Origin: Candidatus Poribacteria bacterium
Lineage (GTDB): Bacteria > Poribacteria > WGA-4E > PCPOR2b
Direction: 5' to 3'
Length of the DNA stretch: 64,000 bases
NCBI GenBank assembly: GCA_965208325.1
Contig: OZ242326.1
Location: forward strand, 992,001 to 1,056,000
Under the pieces are notes generated by a model that was not told the origin of the DNA, made no database searches, and saw only the letters and a program-made list of their open reading frames with translations. How positions within the stretch are numbered: position 1 is the stretch's first letter; each line of letters begins with the position of its first letter. This document shows, piece after piece, positions 52,135-61,384 of this stretch. The translations under genes and the position numbers were made by a program.

Positions 52135-52926
52135 TTAAGCCAACGCCCTGAGGCAATCGTCGTTTAGCGGACTCAACGGCGTAAAGTCGCGGTTGTTGTG
52201 ATGCCAAGCGCGTTCGGTGCCGGTGCACGCGTTGCTGACGGCGTTGTAGTTCAGGTACATGATCGCCCGCCGCCACGGCGAGACATTGTTCGCCGAGCCG
52301 TGCAGCAGGTTGCAGTGGACGAATGCCACAGATCCTGCGGATCCTACCAGTGCGTCAATACCGTTTTCGTCAGCGTATTGTTTCATTGTGTCTTGATCGA
52401 TGTGGTACAGGGAATAGCCGCTCCCCTTTGCGTCCACGTGCAGGCTTGAGTCCAGCGTACCGAGGCGGTGCGTACCCGGCACAACGAGGAGAGGCGACTT
52501 GGCAGCCGTGCAATCGTCGATAAACACCGATGCCATGATGCAGCGCGGTTCTTGCATGCCGTCGATGACTTTCCACGGCGGGTAATCCTGATGCCAGTCC
52601 CAGGAAGATCCCTTGCCGAGTCCGTACTTCGGGTTGATACGGCTCTGATGAAGATACACGTCATCTTTAAGTATTTGGCGCACCGGGTTCAGTATGCGCG
52701 GCAGCAGCGAAAGGCGCCGGAATGGTTCCGAATACACGTGCGCCCCAAAGACTAGCTTCGCTGCGTCCGAATCATCATTCTCACGCACCACCTCCGGTCC
52801 TCGCCGATTAAGAATCTCCGGCATGGCTTCCTGAAGAGTCTTCACCTCGTTCTCGCCCAGCAATCCCGGAAAGAACAGGTAACCCTGCTCCTCAAACTCC
52901 GCAATCTGCGCATCGCTAAGTTGCAT
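52135..52926 (-). CDS. PhyH-family dioxygenase related to ectoine/proline hydroxylases
   Basis: VYLHQSRINPK, WDWHQD and LHGSANNVSPW motifs; lacks the strict EctD signature. Confidence 0.88.
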   Translation of the reverse strand: MQLSDAQIAEFEEQGYLFFPGLLGENEVKTLQEAMPEILNRRGPEVVRENDDSDAAKLVFGAHVYSEPFRRLSLLPRILNPVRQILKDDVYLHQSRINPKYGLGKGSSWDWHQDYPPWKVIDGMQEPRCIMASVFIDDCTAAKSPLLVVPGTHRLGTLDSSLHVDAKGSGYSLYHIDQDTMKQYADENGIDALVGSAGSVAFVHCNLLHGSANNVSPWRRAIMYLNYNAVSNACTGTERAWHHNNRDFTPLSPLNDDCLRALA

Positions 52927-53041
52927 TAAACCCTTCCAAATCTCCGAAACTCGAAGCGAATTCCCTTAACCGTGTCTACAAGTGCTGCAACCTCGCCTAA
53001 GCCCTCCTTAGCAAGGATGGGAATGATTATTGGTAGTTCTT

Positions 53042-53143
53042 GTAGGTTGGGTTGAGCGGTGTTAACGAACCAACGCATGTACGCCGTGTGGGTCACAATT
53101 TTGGATTGCGTTCAATTCTTGAACTGATGAAGCGTAACCCAAC
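53042..53143 (+). repeat. left half of a REP-like element
   Basis: GTAGGTTGGGTTGAGCGG...AGCGTAACCCAAC, 102 nt as in copy A. Confidence 0.75.
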
Positions 53144-53238
53144 GTTTTTTGTTAATTGCGAAATGCATAATTGACCGGTAGCCGCAGTATACGAAAAGTT
53201 TTCCCATTTATGGACAATCAATTTATTTTTGCATCGTT

Positions 53239-53607
53239 TTAGCCTTCTTGAACAACAACTCCCGCTGACTTTAACTTTTTCGTTACAAGCGCGTAAAGGC
53301 TCATACCTGCTTCCGCAGCTTCATTTGACAATGAAGTGTAAAGTTGCGCATCAACCGGAATGTTAACAGTTCCCTCATACCCATCCCGAGATGGCGTTTT
53401 TGGCAATGTTTCATTGTGTTTCCGATAACTCTCTTTAACCCCTCTCCAAGCCAAGGCGAGCTCTTGCACGGCCTTCTCTGGTGTGTCTGAAAATGCGGAC
53501 ACATTGGGCATTTCAACCAAATGTGCCAAATAATCTCCATCTTCGTCAAGGAAAACGTTGACCGCAAATCCATCAAACATATCTTTACTCAATTTTCGTC
53601 TCCTCAT
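53239..53607 (-). CDS. hicB: HicB family antitoxin (TTG at 53592 after GAGGAG is a likely alternative start)
   Basis: DGDYLAH..EMPNVSAFSDTPEKA and an RHH-like C-terminus. Confidence 0.88.
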   Translation of the reverse strand: MRRRKLSKDMFDGFAVNVFLDEDGDYLAHLVEMPNVSAFSDTPEKAVQELALAWRGVKESYRKHNETLPKTPSRDGYEGTVNIPVDAQLYTSLSNEAAEAGMSLYALVTKKLKSAGVVVQEG

Positions 53608-53827
53608 AATATTGTTTAAGGAATTTCTTTACTTGATACCCTTTCGCTCGTGCCCTTTTTGACTGGATTGGCAGACGATAGCCCCGTGGGGAATACCAGA
53701 TGCGATGGCTGCCAGTCTGATGGTCAAAGGTCCACCCACATTGCGAAAGCAAAGTTTCAAATTCACGAAAGCGAACGCTATTTGGATTATTCCTCGCCTT
53801 TGCTAATAGCCTATCTATTCTCCGCAT
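53585..53827 (-). CDS. hicA: HicA family mRNA interferase toxin
   Basis: VRFREFETLL..CGW, GSHRIW and AKGYQVK motifs. Confidence 0.9.
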   Translation of the reverse strand: MRRIDRLLAKARNNPNSVRFREFETLLSQCGWTFDHQTGSHRIWYSPRGYRLPIQSKRARAKGYQVKKFLKQYYEETKIE

Positions 53828-54013
53828 AAATACATGAACATCTCCGTGCACTAAAAATCTGCACTCGCATCATCTCATTTTATCACTAGTCGATCAACGG
53901 AGCGAATGACAAAGATGACAGTTATTCCAGAATTCCAAGATGTCTAAATCTGATCGAACCAAAGCACAAATGTCAAATCTAACCGATGCAAATTCAAGAT
54001 AGGACAAAAACGT

Positions 54014-54116
54014 GTTGGGATTTTCTAAGATTAGGGGAAATCGCAAATCGAATTGTCCCCCAACATAGAATTGTAATGCTGGACATTTTTCATTGATTCC
54101 GTTTAACCCAACCTAC
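54014..54116 (-). repeat. right half of a REP-like element
   Basis: GTTGGG...CCGTTTAACCCAACCTAC; 16/18 inverted match to 53042-53059. Confidence 0.7.
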
Positions 54117-54199
54117 GAACGTTTGAGTTCGCGCACATTCTACAGCCATATCTCCTGTGCCGCGTGCAGATTGAAAAATCTCAGACATCTTGTACCGTG

Positions 54200-54769
54200 T
54201 TATAACCTACCCAGCAGCTCCTGTTTCTTGGATTCAAACTCGCCTTCGGTGAGGATGCCTTCGCCTTTCAATGCGGCGAGTTGCCGAATTTGCTCGAGAA
54301 CATCAACGTCGTCATCGGCGCCGGTAATTGCCGGCGGCGTCTCCTCATCCGGTTTCGTGCCAAACACCCCGGCTCGTGAAAGCGCCCATACACACCCGAC
54401 CAACAACCCCACCAGCAATACCTTCATGTGCAAAGCGTGCACGGGGGGCCACGAAGACGAGGAGTATGTAACTTGTAACGGGAGTGAATCTTGAATTACG
54501 AATTCAGGTCCGCTTCCATAAACCAAAACGAGGCAAACCAAAAGCCCCGCCAAGGTCGGCACGACAAAAGCAATGCGTACCTCCCTGCGTTCGATTGCCC
54601 AGCAAACCCCAACACACAGACCAAACAGCACCCCGCCCCAAAGCCAAACATCATTCGACTCGGGATTGTAGCTGCCGTTTATCGATAAAAACAATGACAC
54701 GCCTATCGCAAACCCAACGCAGCATACAAGTACCTTCAGGACTGCTACTGCCAGCTTTCCAAATTCCAT
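54200..54769 (-). CDS. 4-TM membrane protein with C-terminal SHOCT domain
   Basis: LEQIRQLAALKGEGILTEGEFESKKQELL; AGGAGG RBS. Confidence 0.88.
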   Translation of the reverse strand: MEFGKLAVAVLKVLVCCVGFAIGVSLFLSINGSYNPESNDVWLWGGVLFGLCVGVCWAIERREVRIAFVVPTLAGLLVCLVLVYGSGPEFVIQDSLPLQVTYSSSSWPPVHALHMKVLLVGLLVGCVWALSRAGVFGTKPDEETPPAITGADDDVDVLEQIRQLAALKGEGILTEGEFESKKQELLGRL

Positions 54770-54898
54770 CTTAATCTGTCCTCCTAACTGTTAAATGGAA
54801 AAACCAATGCATTAGCCCCGACAATCTTGCGTGTTTCAACATCTCGTCATAAATGCGCTAGATTTCGGGGTCGAAGGCCGTACTTCCGCTGTAATAAC

Positions 54899-55417
54899 CT
54901 AAAGTCTACCCAACAACTCGTGTTTCTTAGATTCAAACTCTTCGTCGGATAGAATGCCATCGTTTTTCAACTCCCCGAGTTCCCGTATCTGTTCGATGAC
55001 ATCGACTCCGGAGACTCCGGATGCTTCATGCGGGGCAGCCTCATCCTGTTTCGGCGCGAATGCCCCGAATCGTGAGAGCGCCCATACGCCCGCAATCGCC
55101 AACGCCAGAATTAATAACAGCGGTATGTCCGCAGGGCTCCAGCGGGGCGGACTATCTTCGTAGCTTGACAAAACCACCCAAAAGGCTAACAATCCCACTA
55201 GCAGCGGCATAATGAACGCAATCCGCATTTCTACGCGTCCGCTTGCCCAACATATCCCAACACACAGTCCAATCAATACGCCTCCCAAACCCCATAATAA
55301 ATACAACTCATGATCGGGATACGAACTTAACGACCAAATCAGCATTCCAGCAAACCCGAATCCAACAATACACGTGATTACCTTCGTGATGCCTAATGCA
55401 ACTCGACCAGTACTCAT
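54899..55417 (-). CDS. 4-TM membrane protein with SHOCT domain (tandem paralogue)
   Basis: IEQIRELGELKNDGILSDEEFESKKHELL; AGGAGG RBS. Confidence 0.88.
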   Translation of the reverse strand: MSTGRVALGITKVITCIVGFGFAGMLIWSLSSYPDHELYLLWGLGGVLIGLCVGICWASGRVEMRIAFIMPLLVGLLAFWVVLSSYEDSPPRWSPADIPLLLILALAIAGVWALSRFGAFAPKQDEAAPHEASGVSGVDVIEQIRELGELKNDGILSDEEFESKKHELLGRL

Positions 55418-55574
55418 AGTATTTCTCCTCCTTACAGTAACGGATTGAGGTTAAAAGCGCTGTGTCTACGGTCATTCAACTGCTTACTGACTTACCACCA
55501 AACTCTGTCTCACTGATTGAAATTCCTGTACGGAAGGGTTAAACGTGCTTGGGAATTACCGACATTGCTGGAAG

Positions 55575-56387
55575 TCAGTAGTCGACAACGCTGCAAAATT
55601 GAAAAAGCTCACGTGCGCGCTCCGATAGCCCGTCGTATGTCTCCGGCGGCACCTTTATCGGGCCGCCGATACTCATCCACCACAACGTATAGCAGACCAC
55701 AATTTCGGGACGCGGCGAATCGGAAGTGTTTGGGGTTCCTCGATGCAATATGCGGGGATCTTGTATCCACATCGTACCTTTTTTCACATTCAGCCGCTGC
55801 GCGGACGGAAAATTCCCTTGCGTCAACACCTCATCGTACCGCCCTTCTAGGTCGGGATTCGCGAGATACTGCGATGAAGGCAGCACCTCAATACTGCCGT
55901 TCTCCTCGGAAGTGTCCACGAGCGGGAACTTAACGCCTATTGACGGACACGTGTCAAGCCCGACATGCGGGATTTCTTTTGCAAGTTCGACGTCTCTATG
56001 CCAAGGCTGAAACTCGCTGCCCGGATACGGGTTGTTGGAGTGAAAACACTTGATGTAAAAATCGTCTCTGTCCCAATAACGCCGGAGGAATTCCAGTATA
56101 ACCGGGTTCTCGTACACCTCCGGGTCCGCGAACGGCGGCACCCACGGGATGGTTAGTGTGTAACGGTTGACCATCTGTTGGCGCCCATACCCGGTACGCA
56201 GCTCGCCCCACTCTTTGGGCGCGATACCGTCTTCCCGCGTTCTGACGTGTTCAAGCATCGGCAGAAACGCTTCTCGGACGCGGTCTACCGTCGCGGCGGA
56301 CAATACATCCTCAATCACCGCGAAGCCGTTTATCCTGAACTCGGATACTTTAAGATCTAAATCTACGTCTTCACATCTTACAGTCAT
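55575..56387 (-). CDS. PhyH-family dioxygenase
   Basis: GGAGG RBS; QPWHRD, ENGSIEVLP and LHRGTPN..PRP motifs. Confidence 0.88.
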   Translation of the reverse strand: MTVRCEDVDLDLKVSEFRINGFAVIEDVLSAATVDRVREAFLPMLEHVRTREDGIAPKEWGELRTGYGRQQMVNRYTLTIPWVPPFADPEVYENPVILEFLRRYWDRDDFYIKCFHSNNPYPGSEFQPWHRDVELAKEIPHVGLDTCPSIGVKFPLVDTSEENGSIEVLPSSQYLANPDLEGRYDEVLTQGNFPSAQRLNVKKGTMWIQDPRILHRGTPNTSDSPRPEIVVCYTLWWMSIGGPIKVPPETYDGLSERARELFQFCSVVDY

Positions 56388-56722
56388 GAATCCTCCGCCG
56401 GTCAACGGAAAAACTGTTTTGAAACCGAGTTTTTTCCCCAAAACTCGGTTTCTCAAAACTTACAAAAAGCCGTCAATCGCATTGTGACCCTGGCTTTAGA
56501 AACCAAGTAGGTTTTCAAAACGCGGTTGCTCCGCCATGCGATGCAGGTATAGGCAAAGATTAAAGCATAACACGTGCAAACTTGATTTTATCATAGCACA
56601 TTTCCACCCGTCCAGAAAAACAGGAAATCGATTCCGCATTTCTATGTGCCGATCGAGCGGTTTGTGCTATCATACCGGTTGTGCTAAATTCAGAATTCAA
56701 CCTGAGAAAAGGAGAATTAGAT

Positions 56723-56932
56723 ATGCGGCACGAAAAATGGAGTTGCCCCAAATGCAGCAACAATGAATTCGAGACAGATGTATTTCAAGCAACAGGCGGT
56801 GCATTCGCCAAGGTGTTCGATGTCCAAAACAAGAAGTTTACTACCGTGTCATGTACGCAATGCCAATACACTGAAATCTACAAAGCGGATACATCCCGCC
56901 TCGACAACATCTTCGATTTCTTCACCGGTTAA
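56723..56932 (+). CDS. small zinc-ribbon protein (DUF2082-like)
   Basis: AAGGAG RBS; CPKC...ATGG..KVFDVQN...CTQCQYTEIY. Confidence 0.85.
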   Translation: MRHEKWSCPKCSNNEFETDVFQATGGAFAKVFDVQNKKFTTVSCTQCQYTEIYKADTSRLDNIFDFFTG

Positions 56933-57145
56933 GCGTGTGCCGAGGACTGGTGTAAAGAAATCTTTGGATTGGTACAGCTAAACCAATATTCTTTATTCAT
57001 GCCACCGGTTCGATTTCGTGACCGAACCGGTATTCATCCAGTCCGCGGGCGTGCCTGGAAATGTACGTACCAATTCATGTGTAAATTGGAAACGGTTACA
57101 GCTACCGCAGCCGCATTTCGGTGTTATATCTGCCCCTCAAAGTCG

Positions 57146-57200
57146 AAATGTCCGATAATTAACCTTATCGGACGTTTTAACCCCCGAAAACGTCCGATAA
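57146..57200. promoter_or_regulatory. putative tyrosine-recombinase crossover site plus accessory box
   Basis: ATGTCCGATAA-TTAACC-TTATCGGACGT (57148-57175) and a direct copy AAACGTCCGATAA (57188-57200). Confidence 0.75.
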
Positions 57201-57397
57201 GTGGAAACGTTCTCCGAAAAAGTTCGTTTTTTAAGTCACAGTTGTCGTCGGGTCAGCGGGCGAAACCGCAAAACCGATTCGCCGGCAACCCCGATGTAGA
57301 CTGACTTTCCAGCCATTTTTCAAATTCCAATATACTACGGCGGGAATACTGTAGAATTACTGCTTTGAAAAAACACGTCCGATAAGGAGAACACAAA

Positions 57398-58300
57398 TTG
57401 AACGACAATTTACAAGACTACCGAGACTATCTGTACGATTTAGACAAGTCCGAGAAGACAATTCAAGCCTACATGACGGATTTGCGTTCATTTTCGCACT
57501 GGTTCGAGACAGAGACGGGAGAATCGATTGACCCGGAGAACATCACACCGCTAGATGTAATCGACTACCGCAAAGATATGCTCGATCAGGGCAGAAAACC
57601 GTCAACCATTAACCGCCGCTTAATCAGCATCTCCAGCTTCTGCCAGTGGGCGCGCGAAAACGACCTGATACCCAATAACCCGGTTGAAGGTGTTCGACCC
57701 GTGGCTGAGGAGCCGCTTGGCCCCGCCGCGCTAGAACGTAAGCAACAACTCGCGTTGATCAGGACGGTTCGGAGATCAGGAAATATTCGGGATCTGGCGA
57801 TTATCACGACCTTGTTACACACCGGTATACGCGTAAACGAACTCTGTAACCTTCACGTTTCTGATATTATTATATCTGAGAATAGCAATATGATTACAGT
57901 CCGCCAAGGCAAAGGTACGAAGCGGCGGACAATCCCGTTAAACCCAACTGTTGTCCGCATTTTAAAGGACTATTTGGAGTCACAAAACGGCAAGGGTACT
58001 CGGACCACTGCGACACAGCTCGAGGCGTCTGAGTTCCTGTTTTACGGACAGAAACGAACGCCGCTGACCGACCGCGGCGTACGTTATATTATCAAAAAAT
58101 ATGCGTATATTGCAAAAATAGAGCATGTATCACCGCATTCGCTTAGACATACCTGTGCTAAGAACCTTATTGATGCTGGACAGCCTATCGATAGAGTCGC
58201 AACAATTCTCGGACATTCAAGTGTTAACACAACCAAAATTTATACAATGCCTACAGAACGAGATTTACAAAAGACTATGGACAGCATTGCGTGGGAGTAA
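57398..58300 (+). CDS. tyrosine recombinase (XerC/TnpI-like) with N-terminal SAM-like domain
   Basis: Intact catalytic set: TGIRVNE, GKG.KRR, HSLRH, LGHSS, TTKIY; AAGGAG RBS before a TTG start. Confidence 0.95.
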   Translation: MNDNLQDYRDYLYDLDKSEKTIQAYMTDLRSFSHWFETETGESIDPENITPLDVIDYRKDMLDQGRKPSTINRRLISISSFCQWARENDLIPNNPVEGVRPVAEEPLGPAALERKQQLALIRTVRRSGNIRDLAIITTLLHTGIRVNELCNLHVSDIIISENSNMITVRQGKGTKRRTIPLNPTVVRILKDYLESQNGKGTRTTATQLEASEFLFYGQKRTPLTDRGVRYIIKKYAYIAKIEHVSPHSLRHTCAKNLIDAGQPIDRVATILGHSSVNTTKIYTMPTERDLQKTMDSIAWE

Positions 58301-58385
58301 TATTCCAAATTATAGTACGTTCCTATTATTTGGAATTACAAATTCTTTAACTGTAAATGTTTATTATATTCCTTTCGAATTATTA

Positions 58386-58415
58386 TTGACATGATGTATC
58401 CCTGCATGTTATTAT
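58386..58415 (+). promoter_or_regulatory. sigma70-type promoter
   Basis: TTGACA-18bp-TATTAT with TG extension in an AT-rich spacer. Confidence 0.5.
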
Positions 58416-58503
58416 TTTTGTATTGTAGCAATTAGCGCCGTCTTAAATCACATATTTAGTGATTTCACTCATTCAACTTTCGGAAATAGCATAAATCCAG
58501 AGG

Positions 58504-58899
58504 ATGCATATGAAAGAATATCGACAGGCAAAAAACTCACTAAAGAAACAGGTAAGCCTATTGTTACCGATTGAAGTTTACGAAGGTGCCAAACGCGATT
58601 CGCAACGATACAATAGGTCGATGGCATACCACATAGTTGAAACGCTTCGTTTAACCTATAGCAAATCGATCGAAGAAATACTAGCGGAAAAAGAAGCGGC
58701 TGCCCAACAGAGAATCCTGCATGAGCTGAAGGAAAGGGCGGCTGCCGCGGGTAAATCTGAGGAGTTAATTCAGGCGATAGAAACGGTGTTCAACCGATTT
58801 GCCCAAGTCAAAACGTCAAATGACTTTACCGAAGATTTTCAAAACGACATTATGACCTTCGCAGCGATGATGCTAGAAGGAGAAACTGTTACACAGTAG
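58504..58899 (+). CDS. hypothetical protein with Arc-like ribbon-helix-helix N-terminus
   Basis: KKQVSLLLPIEVYEGAKRDSQRYNRSMAYHIVETL fits the Arc/RHH pattern. Confidence 0.65.
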   Translation: MHMKEYRQAKNSLKKQVSLLLPIEVYEGAKRDSQRYNRSMAYHIVETLRLTYSKSIEEILAEKEAAAQQRILHELKERAAAAGKSEELIQAIETVFNRFAQVKTSNDFTEDFQNDIMTFAAMMLEGETVTQ

Positions 58900-59363
58900 C
58901 GAAATTGTCGGGAGACATGCGCTGCGTACTGCTTGAGCTATCCGCTTAACCTTCTCCATGATTCTAACGGGAAGCTAGAAGGAACGATATAAGCACTCCC
59001 GCTCTCCAAAGAGACGCTGGCAAATGGAACATTTCATCCACCCCCTGTCGAATGGGAGCTAGAGGGATCGAAATTAACACCCTGCCCTTATTACGGCAAA
59101 AAGATAACTCGCCGGTGGTGAAACTCATTCTAATATCCTGAATCTGACTGTGACGCGTGTGCTACACCTTTGTATCACTGCTACAACAGTTCTCTCCTGC
59201 ATAACCTCACCCACTACTAGAAATAGCCCGATAATTAAAGAGATTTGGCGTTGGCATCTAAATTGCTTTTTACCAAGCAATAGAAATCTCCGCTCCGAAG
59301 CGTTGCGGAGCAATCCTACCTTAAAGTAATTCCATTTCCCAATTGAGTACGGAGGTAAGTCTG

Positions 59364-61310
59364 ATGAGCGTTCGCCCCATTTCTCGACCGAAGGTTGTTT
59401 ACATCCGTTTCGTTACCAGGATCGCTACGGCGGTGCTGCTATTCATCCCGTGTTCGGTACAAGCGATTAATTTCGCCGACAAAATCGTGTATGTTTCCGA
59501 CCTCGGCGTAACACCCGATATGTTTCTAGTTGAAGGATTGGACGGCAATCCGACTCAACTCACGCGCAATATGTTCGTAAGTTCGCCCACAATTTCACCT
59601 GACGGTGCTGAGGTCGCCTTTGTGTCCAGTCCACCGGGAGGACAATCGGATATTTTCAAATTGCACATCGCAGCCGATCGAGTTGAAAAACTGACGGGCA
59701 ATGCCGAATGGGATGCCAGATTCACCGATCTCGATTGGTCGCCCGATGGACAACAAATCCTCTTTATCACGTCAATAGGTGCACAAGGCGGCGATCAAAC
59801 ATACCTTAGCGTAGTGAATATGAACACTCACGACATACGGCATATTCTTCAACCGGACCTACCGACTCGTATTTCGAATCCCAGTTGGTCGCCCGATGGC
59901 CGGCGCATTATATTTAGCCAAGAAGATGAGGGGCGTCTTCACGACAGGCTATTTATTACTGACGACAAGGGGAACAACGTCATCGAGGTAAGGCAAAGAG
60001 AACTCGAATTCTTGACCGATGCGTCGTCTGTTCACGTCAATACAATCCCTGCATGGTCGCCGAGTCAGCGCGAAATTGCCTACGTCACGTTAATTGAAAT
60101 CAACCGCACTGCGCCCAATCCGATTCAAATTTATTCGATGAACCTGGCTGATGGCAGCGCTGCGGCGTTAACATCTGAAAAAACGATGCACAGTATACCG
60201 CTGGCTTGGAGTCCGGATGGGTTGAAATTTCTGTTCGCCGCTTTACCATTCGATCAAGAAGCTGAATCGAATGACATCTATGTCATGGACGCCAATGGAA
60301 AAAATATGACAAATTTGACGCAGTCGCCGGAACATGAAGGAACTGCACACTGGTCGCCTGACGGAAGCGAGATTGTCTACGCGAGATTAACCGAAGAGCG
60401 TAATAGCACAATCTTCGTGATGAATGAGACCGGTAAAAATCCACAGCAATTGACGTTTGAACTCGGATTAAATGCAGCTCCATTCTGGTCTCCGGATGGG
60501 GAAAAAATCGTCTTCCTATCAGATCGTGACGGCGCGAGGCAAATCTATACGATGGACCGCGACGGCGAAAACGTCCAACAAATCACGGAAATCCAACGCG
60601 AATTCGTCGGGGCGCCGGCTTGGTCGCCGGATGGCAAATGGATAGCATTCGCGTCTGGCGATAAAGACAGTTGGGGGCTTTATCGCATCGACCCACAAGG
60701 CCTCAAGGAAACGCCCATTTTACGTTCGAAAGTGAATCAACTTGATGGTCGGGCTATGTTCCGCCCTGCGTGGTCGCCCGATAGTCAGAACCTCATTTAT
60801 GTCGACCCTGAAGCAAACGATAATGTCGGTCTAATGCGAATTCAAACTGAAGGAGGCTTGCCAACCCAGTTAAACACTGACGGAATAGAATTCTGGTGGA
60901 GCCCTGTTTGGTCGCCGGACGGAAACAGCCTCCTCTTCAGTGCGCAAAGGAATGAAGACGGCCCTTTCTTTGCCGATCAAATGCTTGCGCTATACTTGAC
61001 CAACCCCAATACTTCGGTACAAAGGGAGATTTTTCTTAGGGGCATTGACCACTTAGATTTTAAATCAGAATGGAATTTTCGCCGGTTAGTGTGGGCGCCA
61101 GACCGCTCACATCTCTTGTTGTCAATCGAGCGGAAACGGGTAGGCACTCAACAGGAAAATAGGCTATATCTGATTGATACCATGAATGAAAACGCCAGCT
61201 TATGGATGAAAGACGCGGGCGATGCGGATTGGGTCAAGCCGGGCTATGTGTATGCCGTGAACCCCAGCGGAAAACGGATTTCAACATGGGCTGAACTGAA
61301 AAAACGCTAG
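59364..61310 (+). CDS. exported TolB-like PD40-repeat beta-propeller protein
   Basis: GGAGGT RBS; signal peptide; repeated WSPDG. Confidence 0.92.
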   Translation: MSVRPISRPKVVYIRFVTRIATAVLLFIPCSVQAINFADKIVYVSDLGVTPDMFLVEGLDGNPTQLTRNMFVSSPTISPDGAEVAFVSSPPGGQSDIFKLHIAADRVEKLTGNAEWDARFTDLDWSPDGQQILFITSIGAQGGDQTYLSVVNMNTHDIRHILQPDLPTRISNPSWSPDGRRIIFSQEDEGRLHDRLFITDDKGNNVIEVRQRELEFLTDASSVHVNTIPAWSPSQREIAYVTLIEINRTAPNPIQIYSMNLADGSAAALTSEKTMHSIPLAWSPDGLKFLFAALPFDQEAESNDIYVMDANGKNMTNLTQSPEHEGTAHWSPDGSEIVYARLTEERNSTIFVMNETGKNPQQLTFELGLNAAPFWSPDGEKIVFLSDRDGARQIYTMDRDGENVQQITEIQREFVGAPAWSPDGKWIAFASGDKDSWGLYRIDPQGLKETPILRSKVNQLDGRAMFRPAWSPDSQNLIYVDPEANDNVGLMRIQTEGGLPTQLNTDGIEFWWSPVWSPDGNSLLFSAQRNEDGPFFADQMLALYLTNPNTSVQREIFLRGIDHLDFKSEWNFRRLVWAPDRSHLLLSIERKRVGTQQENRLYLIDTMNENASLWMKDAGDADWVKPGYVYAVNPSGKRISTWAELKKR

Positions 61311-61384
61311 CGCCTTGATGATTCATGCAATCAGACTCCACTAAGGAGAACAGAGTTCCCAATCAAATCCCAGGAGGACGACAA

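Noticed and set aside
52135..52926. ectD
   Set aside because: Lacks the EctD signature FxWHSDFETWHxEDG, and no ect genes are nearby.
57004..57031. tRNA fragment as integrase attachment site
   Set aside because: GGTTCGATT lies in a simple hairpin (ACCGGTTCG...CGAACCGGT) with no cloverleaf or CCA end.
57398..58300. integron integrase with cassette array
   Set aside because: No obvious IntI-specific insertion and no attC-like sites between the downstream genes.
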